Both the position numbers and the translations under genes were made by a program. A stretch of DNA of 11,653 bases from the UHGV virus genome UHGV-1581764. The stretch is one strand, 5' to 3'. The first letter of the stretch is position 1; every line of letters starts with the position of its first letter. The stretch is from a virus. The notes beneath the pieces are model-generated. The model was not told the origin of the DNA. It saw nothing but the letters and a program-made list of their open reading frames with translations, and made no database searches. This document shows positions 8,001 through 11,653 of this stretch, piece by piece.

Positions 8001-8862
8001 CATCCACCAGGGGGATTTTCTCAGCCATCTCTGCCGGATGTTTACGCATCAGCACCACATCAACGACCGTACTGGTCCCGTTTGCGTCAAAAGTACCGGT
8101 AGGCAAGCGGTGAGCGCCAAGAAATTCAGCTTTACGGGATAGGCGCAGGCGTAACCGCTTCATGTTTGAACCTGAAACAATGGACGGCGGCACAATCACG
8201 CACATGAATCCGCCAGGCTTTATCTTGTCCAACATGCGGAGCATGAAGTAAGACCCCATGTCCGTTTCTTCTGCGTAAGGTTTATCGATGTTGCGTGTGT
8301 TATCACGACCACCGAACGGAACGTTACCCACCACATGGTCGAATGAATCGTTAGGCGTGCTTACAGCCAGCTGTTCGAACGGGGAAATCTGTACGCTGTC
8401 TTCCGGGTGTAACAGCTGGTTTATACGACCGGAAACACTGCTGATCTCAGTCGCGGTCATCACCGTACCAACCGGTTTTGTCTCATTAAAAACGCCGGTG
8501 CCCGCCGATGGTTCCAGAGTATTACCTACGTCCGCGCCATAGAGCTTCATGATCTCCCAGACACCTTCAGCGATAGGCTTTGGTGTGTAATATTCGGAGA
8601 CGGACCCGCCAATGCCGCCTTCGCCGGTGTACCCAGCCAGGATCTGGCGCTGTTCATCTGTCAGTGTCGCGCCGTCCACCAGCGAATTAAGCAAATCTAT
8701 CGCCTTCTGATTCGCCTCCCGGCGTAGTCGGTCATAGCTTTTGCCTTCCACCTTTTCCACGCCGTATCTAATCGGCGCTCGGTGAGATGTTATTGCCCTA
8801 ATGTATTTCAATATTTCGCTGACACTTGAACAGCGAAACACCCCCATAGATAGCTTGTTCAT
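2095..8862 (-). CDS. darB: DarB-like antirestriction protein: N-terminal N6-adenine methyltransferase-like domain fused to an SF2 DExH helicase, with a long C-terminal extension
   Basis: Uninterrupted 2255-codon ORF. ATG at 8862..8860 with AAGGA 6 nt upstream; stop TAA at 2097..2095. Methyltransferase motif I LEPSAGTGVF is encoded at 8488..8517 and a motif IV-like FDHVVGNVPFGG at about 8310..8340. Helicase Walker A GTGLGKTTT is at 6274..6300, DEGH at 5698..5709, TATP(V)VN follows, and the motif VI-like QRNGRGAR is at 4318..4341. This architecture and the length match what I recall for phage P1 DarB (about 250 kDa, methyltransferase plus helicase). Confidence 0.9.
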   Translation of the reverse strand: MNKLSMGVFRCSSVSEILKYIRAITSHRAPIRYGVEKVEGKSYDRLRREANQKAIDLLNSLVDGATLTDEQRQILAGYTGEGGIGGSVSEYYTPKPIAEGVWEIMKLYGADVGNTLEPSAGTGVFNETKPVGTVMTATEISSVSGRINQLLHPEDSVQISPFEQLAVSTPNDSFDHVVGNVPFGGRDNTRNIDKPYAEETDMGSYFMLRMLDKIKPGGFMCVIVPPSIVSGSNMKRLRLRLSRKAEFLGAHRLPTGTFDANGTSTVVDVVLMRKHPAEMAEKIPLVDEGTLESANVLWPTFISGKWFEKDGRRFVHGTQEKGFQGRIEVRADGQIDNQALKAKLIHRFESRIDWSLLDMTEPSPTADVVDEGEMRLINGVWQKYAGGRWIEADAGKELKIEVASYGADSWEALQRNLTTTEGRLGMTFTQMANVRDKYTTSISDDMVQLVDWINSQPEKYRERLYRGAMIGRMLIEYQDMKAAGHSAEQIEQQRLSLVSRLQAEIDRFGNPGRGPIAKLSGSGARAWFAFRGAIKLDGTISDELTGKLVTHDSSASYDSTSYQDTLRYLYSDLTRDPIQLDDFRLAFTGELPASDDELLNLLASTPGIAVSPYGGIVPFARATSGDINEIVAPKQEFLATLPDGPVKNNVLNQLAAIEEKRIKTPAENIRFKLNSRWFDRSVILEFLQENGYPDLRYVQSVQLEGDEMVSDTYHGGDGLFVGHRYGVVQRKDKETGEIRYEWDRKSGENATGFPAQLEKYLNGARIGGKDSATANGYREQMALLEDQFNKWIKTHDRYDELVAKYNDVFNSNIPYEHSGDPLGLKGLSGKRQPFDYQNSEVRRLSEDGRGILGFGTGLGKTTTALALEAFNYENGRSTRTAYVVPKSVLENWYYEAKEFLSEEAFSNYLFVGLDVLMDGDQIRQVPVLDENGKPVLGTDGTPVMRDALKLADEATITARMNAIPHSNYRAVVFTKEQYARIPLRDDTVDEHAQDMLYDFVAAGRVASAIDSDSHRKEAARRRVLSEYSDTGTEKAEKYPYFEDMGFDSVIADEGHNYRNSYKNGREASQLAYLPTSAVAQSARDMAIKNAYLMKKNGGRGPVLLTATPVVNTPIDAYNMLSHVLPKEYWQKMGIYGPDDFVKFFGKTRLETVQKISGEVEEKMALVGFENLDALRGIFHRWVTLKTAEDVKDTVEIPELDEHQQDAPLTEEQLAAYEELRQQAEAAAKANNGVTTSVNEDGVIEHEKARPIFSIIRDMDRVCTDMDLYYRRITYRFLPEYADAVQQLADSLPKQATSEDDDSDDSITQQSQYSLIDKGEFIQLQVPEAFEQEVNKRLARFGIDEQTVTHPVTPKYAKLIATLKEFFPEGKQIIFTDEKTQHQKLKRIICNALNLEPSKVGILNAQTVAEAGKTGKKLKAVKPPKELPDEPTDAQIAKYNEQMALYDAYIAQQNEMSLGGLEKIAADFQEGRTPIIICNKKAEVGINLHRGTTDIHHLTLPWTPASIAQRNGRGARVGSNRASVRVHYYCGKGSFDEYRLKTLKRKAGWISDILRSDKSEMENADANDMIEMQMYTAKDDGERLAMMQVQMDKAKAAKRARQKEQATIDLQNYIKAQHAAGEDVEVLTAELERSKAELEKTTAEVAKFKQAAMAKAADNADWKARWGSVHHTDRTLLAQYRASLKSAIQRKANISQAISRYEKLLNRTQKAATDIKRLRPLVEDAINKGILDVDPDLVNHANEFLVIGDRSWRVGQYYDCAGDIVRIKSLDFDSQRADVEIIFTFKGTKSGNWDVKTLDKQVDVTPDEDAVMQKISGGVSIAGINDIISCDDFYRFQQRGMIKITDSYGVQTTESGYSIDFVGTYTDPLKHAVYPDRRDGALKSSIAKWVLGMMSEGNNRQVRLAEVFLTELFGSNYGDVIASYGDTLSPEAIQEKIADAIARMPEKTSQGATRNGDSELEVTNAIFGTHEFRASDYEITTAQFGTIGIYSNKDEIKQAMDAASARIAAERKANLNHAVAALTQSWVTAIREAATTGKITPAIADVVNDGSKFMDAYQMDAVQLPSAYGQLSYRMTYNLVSMFTDLAILGLVDLNEVTPALLSMRKNHVEILHRINTVLAGRTDEEKQADADRINLALGNITEEEIAARNEKQEELSSIQGDATSITQSLGLNYRVSTADLKMMYAPKFAAGEVFGLQEASGMKGILFRAKDAIKAKFGARWLPAKAKNSDFPGNWWIIETKHNVADVLAVIQQYA

Positions 8863-11645
<2,783 letters not shown>

Positions 11646-11653
11646 CACCCTCC

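Noticed and set aside
2226-8542. Dozens of 60-180-aa ORFs on both strands inside the darB interval (for example 5128..5661 +, 5604..5945 +, 6390..6773 -).
   Set aside because: All are embedded in the single long ORF that carries ordered methyltransferase and helicase motifs. Their translations are Arg/Cys/Trp/His-rich, typical of off-frame reading, and none has a convincing SD.

Overview
This 11.65-kb window reads as part of a P1-like temperate phage or phage-plasmid. Its core is a 2255-aa minus-strand gene (2095..8862) combining an N-terminal gamma-class N6-adenine-methyltransferase-like domain with an SF2 DExH helicase, i.e. a DarB-type antirestriction virion protein. Downstream on the same strand are two small translationally coupled genes: a 146-aa ORF, then an 82-aa TTG-initiated ORF that fits Lxc/Bof. 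Divergent from darB on the plus strand are a portal-like gene, with an apparent frame discontinuity at its 5' end, and an overlapping prohead-protease/scaffold-like gene. The left ~1.3 kb is a sharply AT-rich island carrying one 346-aa gene with a DUF2971-like signature, sitting where P1 itself carries its Type III restriction-modification genes. That island is the best candidate for an uncharacterised accessory (defence or exclusion) function. No rRNA, tRNA, CRISPR array or transposase was recognised. All family and gene assignments come from motif recognition and remembered P1 gene order, not from database searches, and need BLAST/HMM confirmation.
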